DNA from: Massalongia carnosa | Lineage: Eukaryota | Assembly: GCA_965645245.1 (NCBI GenBank) | Contig: OZ287069.1 | Coordinates: 2,418,001-2,482,000 of the forward strand | DNA length: 64,000 nt | Direction: 5' to 3' | In this document: one piece after another, positions 10,865 to 23,525 of the stretch | Layout of the letters: each line of letters begins with the position of its first letter | Position numbering within the stretch: position 1 is the stretch's first letter | The notes under the pieces: model-generated | What the model was told of the DNA's origin: nothing | What the model saw: the letters and a program-made list of their open reading frames with translations, nothing else | The model's database searches: none | Position numbers and translations under genes: made by a program

Positions 10865-12694
10865 CGAGGTGCTTAGGGACAGTCCCCCCCCGACCGTCCC
10901 CCCCCCTGTGTAAATCTTTGCTAGTAAACAGCCATTTCACTGCTTAGTTATCCAGGGTGCGTACAAGCTAGTAATGCAACTGCCAACAGCACATTAAACT
11001 CTTTTCGGTTCAAATCGTATGACGTGTTATTGCTACTAATAATTACCCTACTCGGTCTGATAAAGCATACCCTCACTTACCATTTGCCCTTGCCTATAAG
11101 ACAATCGGTGCAGAAAATATGTGAGAGGTGCGGAAAAAACAATTAGATCAGGACATTTTGTGCAATCAACAGCGAATACGCAATCCTAGATTGATCGATA
11201 GAAATGCTTTTACGCTACTCATTGGGAAAATTACGCATCATGCCATTGGCCTCGTTTCAAGAGAACTCGATGCCGCCAAATCATTAGCTGAACGAATCCT
11301 TTCTATTGTCCCTGATGGTGGAAGCTGTGTTTATGATTGTGAATTGCCTTTAAGGTACGGTCTCCCATGCAAATGCTGGTTGTATAAATGCATCATCGAC
11401 TCGGTCCCTATTCCCGTTTCCCTCATCCACCCCCGCTAGTTTTTTGATGGCCCACCTTATGCGGTCTCTTGGCAAATGACCTTCGATTTCGCTCGCGGCT
11501 CGGAGCCCGAGGTCGAAAAGATCGTCGATGAGGTCGAAGGGACGGGAGAGATTGAGGCGGATAAGGATGAGGTCGAGCTCGAAGAAGGCGTGTTGAGTGA
11601 GGATAGATTTCGCCGCGGCGGCCTTGATTTGCTACATTCTGTGGCATATCAATCTATTGACCTGCATCAATCAATAGAAGATTCTCATCGAAGGGAGGAG
11701 TACGCTCGCGAGCATGTTCACATCGTTGAAAAGTTCAATAAGAAATGGCAAAAGAAGGAGCTGGTGAGACCTCTCATCCCCACCACATTCCCCGACGAAA
11801 TTCGGCCCAAAGAAAACCTCATGTATAAGAAAGGAGGGTGTCGTCGACGTGCCTACACTAGTCGCGAGGCAGCTGAGGCTAGAGAAACTGAAACAGCGAC
11901 GTACTAGGCGAAGGGACTCTATTGAACAAGGGAGGAGGCTTAGATATAATAGATTGCGTGCTGGGTGCGACGATGAGGGTGAAGGTGAAATAGAAGGTAA
12001 AATTCACGATGTTGCAAAGCTATTGCGCTCGGGTCGGCTAATATTGGGTACAATAGGTTTAGGAGAAAACTTAGTTATGGAGAGAATCGAAAACGCGTCT
12101 ATCGTCTCCGACGACGATGACGAGGTGCAGTATATAAGCACTCAGCCCATTCTCGGTCGTTCTATGGATCCTATGCTTCCTTCGGATGACGATAATGATG
12201 TTATTCTTACATCAGAAGCCTCGTCGGATTCGCTCGAAGATATTGACGATGTGCTTGCCAAGCATAGTCAAAAAGCCTTACCTCAGGCAGCGCCGGCTCC
12301 ATCTCTTTATAGTCTTAGCCAAAACGTGCGCGCCAGTCAAATTCTCCCTACTTCCTCTGCAACAACGCGAAGGTCTCGGGGTGTGGCGAAGAAATCAAAG
12401 GCTCAGTTAGAGTTGGAATCTTAGCAAAGAGTCGAGAAATCAGTCAAACAGGCTAGGGCTCAAGCGAGAAAGGAAACGGCGATGAGAAAGGTGGCTAAAA
12501 CCATGAAGCCTAGAAAAGATGATGTATCGCAATTGGCTGACGAGTTTTTGGAGTTGAAGTCATCGCAATAGGTAGATTTGTAGGTGTTGAATACACTTAG
12601 TCAGTAACAGCAACATTATTAAGATGAGTAGTAAAATGGCTGTTTACTAGTAAAGATTTACACGGTCGGGGGGGGACTGTCCCTAAGCATCTCG
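10865..12694 (+). mobile_element. non-autonomous MULE deletion derivative with 9-bp TSD
   Basis: TIR CGAGGTGCTTAGGGACAGTCCCCCCC..GTGTAAATCTTTGCTAGTAAACAGCCATTT is inverted at ~12634-12694. CTTCATCGA is duplicated at 10856-10864 and 12695-12703. Confidence 0.92.
11128..12571 (+). pseudogene. C-terminal MULE transposase remnant (SWIM-like finger plus acidic tail), no DDE core
   Basis: CVYDCELPLRYGLPCKCWLY..SLIHPR*F matches the post-catalytic SWIM region of fungal MULEs; interrupted by stops and frameshifts. Confidence 0.7.
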
Positions 12695-13017
12695 CTTCAT
12701 CGACTAATCATCTTCAGCATTCATCGACTGTTCACCTTCGGCCTTCATCCTGTCTTCCCAGCATTACATTTCGCCCTACTCAAACGCTTGCTTCACCATC
12801 TCCAGGCTATCAGCGCCACCGATCGAGATCCTTCAGATGCACGTGTGATGAAGACTTATCTCAAACGACAACACCTACCAGTCACGTGACAGCACTACTA
12901 TGTAAGCTTTGAATCAAGTCTTTAAGGAAACGATAGCCGAGTTGATAAGTAACTAGCGCAGGACGGGGACTCGGAGATAAGGAGGGGTATTACGCAGTAG
13001 TTAGGGCTATTGCCAGG

Positions 13018-13260
13018 CACGCGAGTGACAAAATTAAATTTACACCGAAACTTTTTCCTCACCAAAATCACCGAATTTTCTGTCATAAACCGTAGCGTTT
13101 TTTTAGTTAATTTCATGGTTTTTTGAACTTCAATAATTAAATCAACAATCTGACATTCTGCCTTCATCATCAATCACTGCTTGCAAACTTTAGGCATTAA
13201 ATCACGATGATTTTGGTGGGGGGGAAATTTTGGTGTAAATTTAATTTTGTCACCTGCGTG
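13018..13260. mobile_element. 243-bp MITE with ~56-bp TIRs starting CACGC; related to the element at 48246-49585
   Basis: CACGCGAGTGACAAAATTAAATTTACACC.. at the left end and ..GGTGTAAATTTAATTTTGTCACCTGCGTG at the right; flanks CCAGG and CTAGG. Confidence 0.9.
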
Positions 13261-13417
13261 CTAGGATAATGGAGACAAAAGATGGATAAATGTATCTCTC
13301 AACCATGTTTTTATCCCTCTTTGAACCGTTAAACCCCATCCAAAGCCTTCTGGTAATCTTTACTCATCGACTTACATTCCAACGCAGTTCTAGAATCCCC
13401 AAAAAATATAATTCCAT

Positions 13418-16400
13418 CTAGGCAGGGGCCGTGGTATTCGCCGCCACACTCGCCGTATTGTTACTATTTACAACGACCGGCACGCCATTGGCGGCCACTG
13501 ATGAAGCGTCGTACTTGTAGACGAGCAACTTATCATACGCGCCGCAGAACTCGCGTCGATTCCCTGTGCATAGCATGTTGCACTGCTCTATAGCCACAGA
13601 CTTGACAGTGGCAGCTAATGTGGTGCCGCAGTAGCAAGACTGCCCATTCCCAAGGCCCGCGACGCCGTAACTCTTCGTGATGCAATACCCTACGCACGTC
13701 TCGACTGTCATCCCCGTAGAGTTCGTATAGGTCGCTCCGGTAAGGGCATGGGTTGTCGCGGTGTCGTTGTAGCATCCATTGAGCGGGTATGTACCAACTG
13801 CTTTGACCATAGTAGGTGGGATTGTGGCAGAGGTGGAGTTCCAAACGCTAAGGTATTTACCATCGGCGCTACCGCCGCAGATTTCGGAGGTGTTGCCGGC
13901 GCAGGAGGTGTTGCAGAATTGCGATAGAACGGGAGCGGAGTAGGACTGCAATCCGTTTCCGCAAGCACAAGTATCACCGCTTTCAGTTGCGGCAAGACCA
14001 AAATTACGGTCTATGCAGAGTTTCTGGCAGACGGCGTTCGTATTTCGAACTTTGTCGGTATTGTACGCGCCAATGAGGGCTCGTGGAGTCGTTTCGTTGT
14101 AACAGCCTAAGTAGACATACGAATTCACAGTTTGGCCAGGGGTGGGCACGGAAAATGTTGCTGATGCAGTGCTAGAATTGGTTGGAGAGGACGTGGCTTT
14201 CGAGATTGAGGCGACCTCACCAAGGGGGGGAGCTGATACTGAAGCGCTCGATGAGGAGGAAGACGAGGCCGATGTTAAGGTTATAGAGGAGAGTACGGAT
14301 GCTGACGTTGATTCGGTATTCGAGATTGTTGAAGAAGAAAAGTTTGAAGGATTAGAATCAATACTACTCACTTGAGATGATGTTATGGAGTTGCTTAAGC
14401 TCTGCGACGCCAGTAACTTTAATGATGAAGACGAAATAGAGGCTGTGCTAAGGAGAGTTGGCGATGCTGGCGAAACTTGACGTGAAATTGTCGACAATAT
14501 ACTATCCTGGCTCGACGATGTCGAGTTTGCAGTCTTGATCGAGCTTCTTAAATCTGAAGTTATGATTGAGGTTAACGATCCTGAGGTCACGGGGGTGATC
14601 AAGGACCCTGGGCCACTCAAGCTGGATGATACAGATCCCAGAGATGGCGAACTGGACACTATGGCAGAGCTGAATGATTCGGAGGTCGAGATCGATGGTA
14701 TCGCAAAGCCTGTAGAGCTTGAAACAACGCTCGAAGTCACTGAAGTCACTGTTCCAGAGATCACGCGAGAATCGGGGGAAAACAATGACGAAAGCTGAGA
14801 TGCGGTGCTAGAACTGGAGGCGGCACTACTGACACCAACAAAGCTAAATTTAGGTGGAGATATAGTGTAAAGAGTCAAGCGATTACCGGCGCCACAGATC
14901 TGCGAAGTATTTCCCGCACAGGTTAAGCCACATTGACTCTCAAGGGTAGCTTTCGTGGCGCCAGTAGCAAGTAAATTTCCACACCAGCACTCACTGTATT
15001 GAACATGTTAGCGCATGATCATTGATTATTTGGACGGGATTTTCTACCTGCGATATTCCAAACCTGCATAGGTATACTGAGAGCAAGCGAAGAGGCAAGT
15101 CTCGACTGTCATTTGCTGATTTGAGGCGGCCAAAGTGGACAACGCTCGAGAATTGGCTGGTTCAACGTAACATCCTGTGTAGGTAAAGTTGGAATTACCT
15201 GGGACTATGATCGGTCCCGTGGGAGAGGGCTTAGCGCTGGAAGTAGAACTTGTGGTTGTCCCAGAGGGGGCTCCACTCGCTGTATAAAAGCTAAGTCGGT
15301 TTGGACCACCACAATACTCCGACTTATTTCCGGAACAGGTCATGGAACAGCCATTGCTTGCAAGAACCGCTCCAGCAGCTAAAGTATTGCCACAGTAGCA
15401 TTCGTTCGAGTATTCAATTCCCATATAAGTATATGCTGCGCAAAAAGCAGCACATTTTTCGACAGTAATAGCATTATTCGCTATGGTAGTCCCCGAAAGA
15501 GCACGACCGGTGGTAGCCTCAGTATAGCAGCCAGAGTAGTTGAACACCCCAGCAGTCTGTACAGAAATGGGTCCCGATGGAGTAGGGAAAGGGGTAAGGC
15601 TGGTAGTAGCTGTGAACCCAATAGACGACGAGGAAGTAAGCGAGGGTGATGAAAAGGAGGAAGCTGAAGATGAGATTGAAGACGACGATCCTTGACCCGG
15701 GATCGTGTATAGGGTTAGTCGATTTCCATTTCCACAGATCTCGCTGGAGTTTCCCGGGCAGGTCATAGAGCAGTCGCTCTCAAGAGCTTTGACGCTGCCC
15801 ACACCGAGCGTATTTCCACAATAACATTCATTGCCATACTCAACCCCAAAATATTGGTAACTCGTACAGTTTCCGGCGCATCTCTCAATCGTCATATCTT
15901 GTGTAGTGATCGTCCTCGCGTTGAGAGCACGACCAGTACTCGCTTCAGTGTAACATGCTAAATAGCTGAAGCCACCAGCTGAGGGTACAACAATAGGTCC
16001 ACTGGTGGGTGGAGGGATTGAATTTCCAAGCCCATTTCCAAACAGACTGATGTATGCTCCGTTGTTGAAGTATCCGTTCCCACCACAGGTCTCGTTTTGG
16101 TTTCCGCTACAGGAAAAGTCACAGTCTACATCAGTAGTCTTCAAGATTGGGATGTTGTTTCCACACCAGCACTCGGTCTGATATTGGGTCCCAGCAAAAC
16201 TGTACTTTTGGGCAGCGCAAGCCGCAATACACTTGTCGTTCGTATTGTCCGCTGAGCCATATATTTGAAACTTCAATTGTCTTCCGGGATTGTTCTCCTT
16301 GTAACATCCCGCATACCGATAGATTGCGGAGCTATTCGCGTACAAAGGACCAACCTGCTCGGCCACAGCGTTGCAGGTGAAAGTGATGTTTTGCTTCCCA

Positions 16401-19400
16401 AAGCTTGGATCACCGACGTTCAGAACCCAACCAGCTATGCCGCCGTACGAGTCAACATTGACTTGCGACTTTGGAACAGAGCAGTAAATATTTGCAGTAG
16501 CCGATTCGCCCGCACCCAAGATAGTACCTTCGGCTAGGTCAACCTGGTTTTGTGCTCCAATAATTCCGGGTACTCCAAAGGGTGGTTTGGAAACAGTTAC
16601 TGAGAGCGACGCGGCCGACGAGTCTCCTATGTTAGTCAAACGCATCTTGAGAGTCTTCGTTTGCTGTTCGAGGACGTCTCCAAAAGTAAATGGGCTAGTT
16701 TTGGAGTAAGGGATCCATGTATCGGAGCCGTTCGCAGCTTGAAACTCAACTAGCGCCGCAGCGTAGGTACTAGCAGTACCAAAAACATCGATAATCTTTG
16801 TTCCACCATTAGAGCGAACATGAATATAAACTGCGAAATTCCCGCTCGTTGTAGGGTTGAAGTTTATAGCAACAGTAGCTTGGCCATTGCTAGGAATTGA
16901 CGAAGGCAAGTCCTTGAAGGTAAAAGGGCCAACTTTCGGGCTATCTTGGGTGCTTGTAGGTTGAGCAAATGCTCCCGTCTCTGAAACGATGGAATAGTCA
17001 AGCCCCAGGATCGTAAGTGTACCATCTCCTAGGTTAGATAAAATTATGGATTGAGTCACACCACCTTCTTGCTGGCCAGTAATTACCCCACTGAAAGAGA
17101 CAGTGTTGGGACTGACAGCTAAAAGAGGATCTAGCGAATCACCGACTCCTGTCAATGACACAGGCATGATAGTAGCATACCCTACTGCGTCATTGGTCAT
17201 ATTTAGAAGAATGTCACTTGAAAGCGGCCCGGGCGAAGCTGGATTGAAAGTAGCTTGAAAGCTTACATTGTTGCCAGCTGCAACAGAAAAAGGGAGAGTT
17301 GGATTCCCCGTAATTTGAAAGTTCGGATTGCCGTTTAAGGAAATTCCTGTAAGCTTAGTATTAACGTTGGCATTGCATTGAATCGTTTTAACCGCAGAGG
17401 TACTGTTGATCAGAACGCTGCCAAAATCGTTGGGCGAATCGCAGGTCAAAGGGAGATTGACCGGGGATCCAAAGCAATACAGTGCCCCTAAGGTGGTGCC
17501 AATATAAGCCCGTCCATCGCCAAATACGGGGCGGGTGAATTTCGTGACGCCTGCAATATTTGCCTGTTTAATCAATTCAAGAGCCCCATTTTGCGGCACC
17601 GCCTTATAAACCCGAAGATTGGACCCTTCAACGTCTGAAACCCAAAGAAGTCCAGTCCCGGCTTGGCCATTGAATGATGTTGTAGTACCATGGCCGACTC
17701 CGAGCACAAAGGCGTTTTTTTGTGCTGTATCAGCTACCTTAGTGAAGACTGGTGTGAGCGTTAGTCTAACATAACCTCAGGATCTAATTCTCAAAATACC
17801 TGGATCTCCGTTGCCATTGCAAGAAAACTTGAAAACGTGGGTCGGATACTGGATAGAAGGGGTTAATATATTGTCTAACGGCAATAGTAGTTTATTTATT
17901 TTATGTCGAAGATCCTAAAGGACGTTAAGGCCATCAGAGAACACGACGTACCTGAATAACATTAATGTAAATATATCCACCCTCAAGAGGGTAAACCCCG
18001 GCACCAGCATAAACCGAGTTTTCGTTTTGGGTCACTTGAGGCACCGCATCCAGTTTATTTGCCCCTTGTTGGTACCCGCCAAGATTGTCGAGATTCAACC
18101 AATAGGTTTTTCCAGACTTCCCAGTAACGACACCCAGACGTTTTACATTAGGACAGGTGAAAACATCGGTTTGCAGTAGTTCTAAAGGCGAAGTTCCAAG
18201 GTCTAAGCAACAAATTAGTGTATTCAGTGGAAAAGGTATATGAGCTCCTCTTACCTTTGTCAGCGCCGTCGAGCTGAGTTTTCTCCCATGGCATAAAGAA
18301 ATCTACTACAGTTAAGCTTCCATCATCATTGATCTTCATATTGACCGCTGCCTCCTCAAGCGCAGTGGGTGGTTGCCTTCCCGGTACGGGTGTGCCTGAG
18401 AGTTGCGATGCATATCCGTTACCAGTAGCAAAATACATGCTTCCCTTGTTATCAGATGCAAGGCCCCCACCAGACATCCATACACCACCCCCCGGCACGG
18501 TGTTGGGTTCAGGTCCTCCCTCAGTGGCAAAATGTTCTACCAAAGCACCACTCGTCTTATCCCAGCCCATGATCCAGCCAGTGAAGTTATACTGCACGCA
18601 ATGAGAAGCGAAACCGGCGTACACGTATTGCCCGGACAGAAGCAAGGCAGGTCGCTGGTGTGCATTCCCACTTTGAAACATTCGGTTTGGATTATTTCGG
18701 CCGATAGTGCCCTCAAAGGTTTTTGGGAATCCACCTTTCTCCGCTAGTGTATTAACATCAATGGCATGATACCAGTATCGCCCATTTGCGCGACCCTTGA
18801 CTGCATCTGACTGATCAAGGTAAGTTTTCGCTGTCAGATACCAAGTATCGGTTGAAGGGTCGATAACGCCAGTCGCCTGGATATCAAGTTAACGATCTTT
18901 TCGAAGACTAGTAGGCGAACAGCTCACAGTCACTCCAACATGTGGGTTTATATCTACACACCCATCGAGATCAGTTGTCAAGAATGGAATGTGCATATTT
19001 CTCGACGCAACGATAGAACCAGTTTTTGCATTTAGTTTGTAAACATTGTTCTGGGTGGTTGCCACAAAGACATATTGAATGCCGTCATTTAGCGTATATA
19101 CCAGTGGTTGGGAAAATATCTGCTCGGGTTTCCCCCCATAGTTGCCTGGCAGCGAGGCCTTCCATAACTGACCGAATTGAGCACTCCCAACTACGGAAGG
19201 ATCCATATTGTGGGTGCTAAACCATTTTTTAGTTGAACAAAATACATAGAAACTGGAGGGTAAATGTCTGGCCTAATTTACCTTGAATAGCCAGTACGAC
19301 TATTATCTCCGCCCCATGTAATTGTATCCGTTGGGGCCAGCTTTCCAGCCAGCACATTCACGACTGCCCAGAGCAGAGGGAACATGGCGGGAAGCGAAAC

Positions 19401-19406
19401 CCTCAT
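13418..19406 (-). CDS. large secreted multi-exon protein: PQQ-like beta-propeller, Ig/ASH-like domains, six WSC domains, Ser/Thr-rich linkers
   Basis: Signal-like start MRVSLPAMFPLLWAVVNVLAG then TDTITWGGDNSRTGY. The exon ORFs at 18889-19206, 18148-18681, 15044-17707 and 13418-14878 are joined by GT..AG introns. Six repeats of Y.GCY....C...C...G.E....C.CG...C...C.G...CG. Confidence 0.88.
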
Positions 19407-21877
19407 ACTGAAGGTTATATTTGAAGAGGAAGAATGAATGAAAGCGTGTCAATAAGAATGGAATCAAAGTTGAAGGAATATATTTTATGTTCCTAGAACA
19501 GGGCGAATATAAATGTAGATACAGGGAAAGAAGCCATCCCCCTTTCCGGCCAACAAAAGATGCGTACAAACCATGTGGCAATGGCTGGGCCCAAATGGGG
19601 CTGCTAGATTGTTGCACATTTGAAGTCACGAAGGTCAACCCGAAATGGGCAACATAAGTCTAGAGATATCTAGCGTTCACATTAGGCCCTAACCATCAGG
19701 TATGGATGTGTCCCTATCTGTTAGCTGGATTGTTACCCAAACAAGATAGAAACATCATGGGAGGCTGCTAACGCATCAACAACACAGAAGAAAACAACAA
19801 CAGAGGATCAGAGAATCCCTCATGGCTGAACGGCGGATGAATCTTGTGCACTCTGTGCTCCGTAAAGAGTAAGGAATAACCATTTGAACATGGACGGAGG
19901 AAGTGAACAAAGCACTCTTGACCTATCATAGAGCTGAGATACGTTGGGGCCCATGCAACTATGATTGCCGCGCCTATCAGTGATCTCCCAAATAGAATTC
20001 GCCCAGCTATGTCCAGGTATGTCCGGGTATGTCTTTGAGAGGGAGAAACCTCCAGGCTCGCTCTGGTCACGTTCAGCCTCATGGTACTCTGTACTCGTGT
20101 CCACTGTCAGCCTGCTTGGATGGTAAGCCAGAGATTTACGTGCAGAAAAGCTAAGGTAAGGTACGAGTATGATACGCGACAAGGATTTTGATCTAACTAA
20201 GCACCTAACTAAGGAATGACAGACACCACACGCGGCCCGCAACCAAAAGCAGTCAGAGAATTTCTAAATAGAAGAATTCACCACCACCTCATCAAAAGAC
20301 ATTGTATCAGTAAGGGATTGATCGTTGCGTAAATCGGATACGACAAAGACTCTGGCTTCCCATATAGGAAACCTTGCAAACCCATAACCATGTCCCTGCA
20401 TGATCGAACTGCAGGAGGTCTCCCTTACCTGCAGCAAGAATGCCCCAAAATATATCACACAGACTCCTTCCTCATGACCAAATATTTTGATCTGGTCCGA
20501 GTCCTGCATTCCGAATCCATCTTTCTTGCACTAGGAACCACGGTTCAGGCGTCAGCTGTAGTTTCTCTCTTTGGACTCGACAGCCGAGTAGGAGAGTTTG
20601 TCACCCCCATTTATTCAGCCGGATCCAGTCTACGAATGTATTTAGGGTCTTGTGAAACCGTATCAAGGATATCTTATGTGCATGACTGACGTCTCTAGTC
20701 TAAATGGTGCCGAGGCTGCTCACCTCCCATTTCTCATGGAGCGGTCACGCCGTCTTCATTCCGTAGTGTTGAATCCGTCTTTGATACTTTATTCAGAACC
20801 CTTTTACTCAAGCCACAAGCCTCTTTGTTGAACGCTCTCTTTTCGATTTTCTTAGTGGCTTTCTTCAATAGCTTATAGGCTCTTGGTAACAAGAATGATC
20901 AGATACGTTGTGGTTTTCCGAATTGGACACGTTATTCATAGGAACCAGCCTTCAGGTTGTTTTTGGCTCCCTCGTTGAGCTCAGGGTTCTCGGGGTGCCA
21001 TTGTCTCGGTTTCCCATAGAAAGCATTCAGATCGTCCGTGTTTGGTATTTCTTTCCCCAGACTTTCCGATGTACTCTCTACTCAGAAGCATTCCTAATGC
21101 CATGTATGCGATCAAAGATAGATGGTAAGGTCATGTTTTAAACTTCTAAACTAAGTCTGTTTCTCTCGTAAGATACAGTCATAGCTGTGGTAGCTGCTGC
21201 AATATTTTGGGCGGGGTAGGTTCAAGCGTCTCGTTATCTGTGTATGGGAAGCTATCGTATGCAACAGCATAAACTTTATTCAAGTGATGATTAGCATAAG
21301 TCCAAGTATTGACGAATAGATGTCTTACCTCAAAGTCAGACGAAGGCGGGGATTCGTTTTCCTTCTCAGAGTCTCGTGACTGACGTTTAACTTTCTTATC
21401 TGATGGCATAGTGCTCTGAAAGAATTTGTCCGCTCACTCATAAGTCACTTTATTAGTCGACAACTTAGAGATAAGTCCGAACTGCTGGCAGGATATGATG
21501 ATTCGAAAGACCGAGGGCTAAAATCATCGCCTCATCCAATCCAGCAGGCGCGTCGAAGGTTACTGCCCACAGCGTTGTTTGTCTCTGAACACACTAATCA
21601 TTCTTTGTCTTCTGTGTGACATGTAATGAAAAAGCATCTGAAAGGATTCAGGCTTTGAAAGAGTGCGCACGCTCAATTAGGAATTCAGAAGTTCACCTAA
21701 CTTGGAAGAGTGCAAGTAGTAAAGTGGGGCAGCCCGATTAACACTTCGCTGGCCCGGCATCCTAACGATACCACCATAAACCTTAGATGGGTTTAGCTTA
21801 TTATCAGCCTTAGAAGCAGCAACAGCGCAAGTAGACTTTGCATTGACACCAGCAATATCTTTGATCAAACCACCACC

Positions 21878-22772
21878 ATGCTTTCCAACCCGCCTCTCCA
21901 CCTGCGCTCAGCGCTTTCAAGCCTGAAGCCCCAATCATCTCATCTCATCCAATGTAGCATTGCTCCTCTTTCCAGAGACCCTCGTCAATGCTACCAACTA
22001 ACGCCCCACCGACCTATTTCTTCCACCAACCCCAAAACCATCTCATCAACCCTCCCTCCGTTTCATAACCGCCCAACCCGCCTTTTCACCCGCTCGGGCT
22101 CAACAACCTCTAGTCCCCCGGTCACCATCACCACTGTATCTCCAACAACAAAACAACCACCACATCATCAACAGCCGCAACTAACCTCTCTGCCCCCAAA
22201 CCCCACCACCCTCCCCTGGAACGAATACCTCCAGCTCCGACGCACCCGCCGCTACTACAACCTGGTCGCCTCTGTCGTCACCGCGCTCTGCACCACCGCG
22301 GGCGGTATCTCTATCATTAGCCAACAGAACATCGAGGCCCTGGGCGGCAGCATCTTCGGCCTTGACCCATTCATCGTGCTCGGACTGGCCACCGCGGGAT
22401 CGGGCGCCGTGGGATGGCTGTTGGGGCCGTTTATTGGGAATGCAGTGTTTAGCATCGTGTACCGGAGACTGAGCACGCAGATTGCTTTTGTGCGTTTGCT
22501 CCCCCCCCCGCTCCCTTCCCGAAACTGTCATACTCCCGTTTCTTTCGCTTTAGCTTCCCCCTCCCCTAGAGTTTCACTAATCATACTTATTTCCGTAGAA
22601 AGACAAAGACTTCTACCACCGCATCCAGCGGTACCGCGTCGACCCCTCTAGCCAGTCATACTCAAACCCCGTGCCCGACTATTACGGGGAGAAGATTGGG
22701 AGCGTGGGCGAGTTCCGGAACTGGATGAAGGATCAGAGGGCGTACAATCGGAAGCGGCAGAATTTCTTATGA
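21878..22772 (+). CDS. PAM17: mitochondrial presequence translocase-associated motor subunit Pam17 (one intron, ~22490-22598)
   Basis: LPWNEYLQLRRTRR, FGLDPFIVLG..GWLLGPFIGN; exon 2 reads KDKDFYHRIQRYRVDPSSQSYSNPVPDYYGEKIGSV..WMKDQRAYNRK. Confidence 0.92.
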
Positions 22773-23525
22773 ACGGGCTGTAAGGTTCCGGTTGAGCGGG
22801 GATGGGTGCGGGTTTGGTCCCGGGATTCCAAATGAACTTGAAAGAAGAGAGGTGGGGAGGCCTGTGAGCTAGATAGGCGGAGATCAATCAGGCTGTGTAA
22901 TCCTCCCAGACTCTAGCCCAAACTTGCCTTAAATACTGAGTGGCTAGCGGACACATATATATTCTAGGCGCATTTGGGATAACAACTCAGTTTTAATACC
23001 AATGTAAAATCACCCTTTCACAAGCTCAATTAATCCATCCACATATATTACTCTTCATGCAACCTCGATATTTTATTTGTTCAAAGATAAACAGCATGTA
23101 GCATTAACTATACCACAATAGACATATTCGAGAAAAGCTATAAACCCTCTAATGTCCGGCTCCATTATGAAAGCAGCAGTGGACCAAGCAAAATGCCGCC
23201 CAACCATTTCCCCCCTTCTCGCCCCTCAAACGCACTCCATGCTAGCTAAACGAAATGCTTGAAGAACGATGTAGACAAAAGTGATGCATCCACATAAAAT
23301 AATGCGATATATAGAAAATCGGAAGAGATGAAAACAAGGATGAAACCAAAGCCGCCATAAAAAGATGATGGGTTAACAAAAACCACCATCTCCAGTGGAT
23401 CTATAGTGTTCTATCAGCAAGCCTTCCCCACAAGCAGACTGGGGGTGGAAGCGGCTCACAAGCCTGGGGCGCAAAGCTCATCACGAAGTCCTCTGCCCCG
23501 CGAAGCTTCTACCGGCTCCTCTCAT

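Noticed and set aside
20700..21409. Possible small gene divergent from PAM17 (MPSDKKVKRQ.., GTAAGA donor)
   Set aside because: I could not build a convincing spliced ORF beyond ~70 codons and recognised no family.
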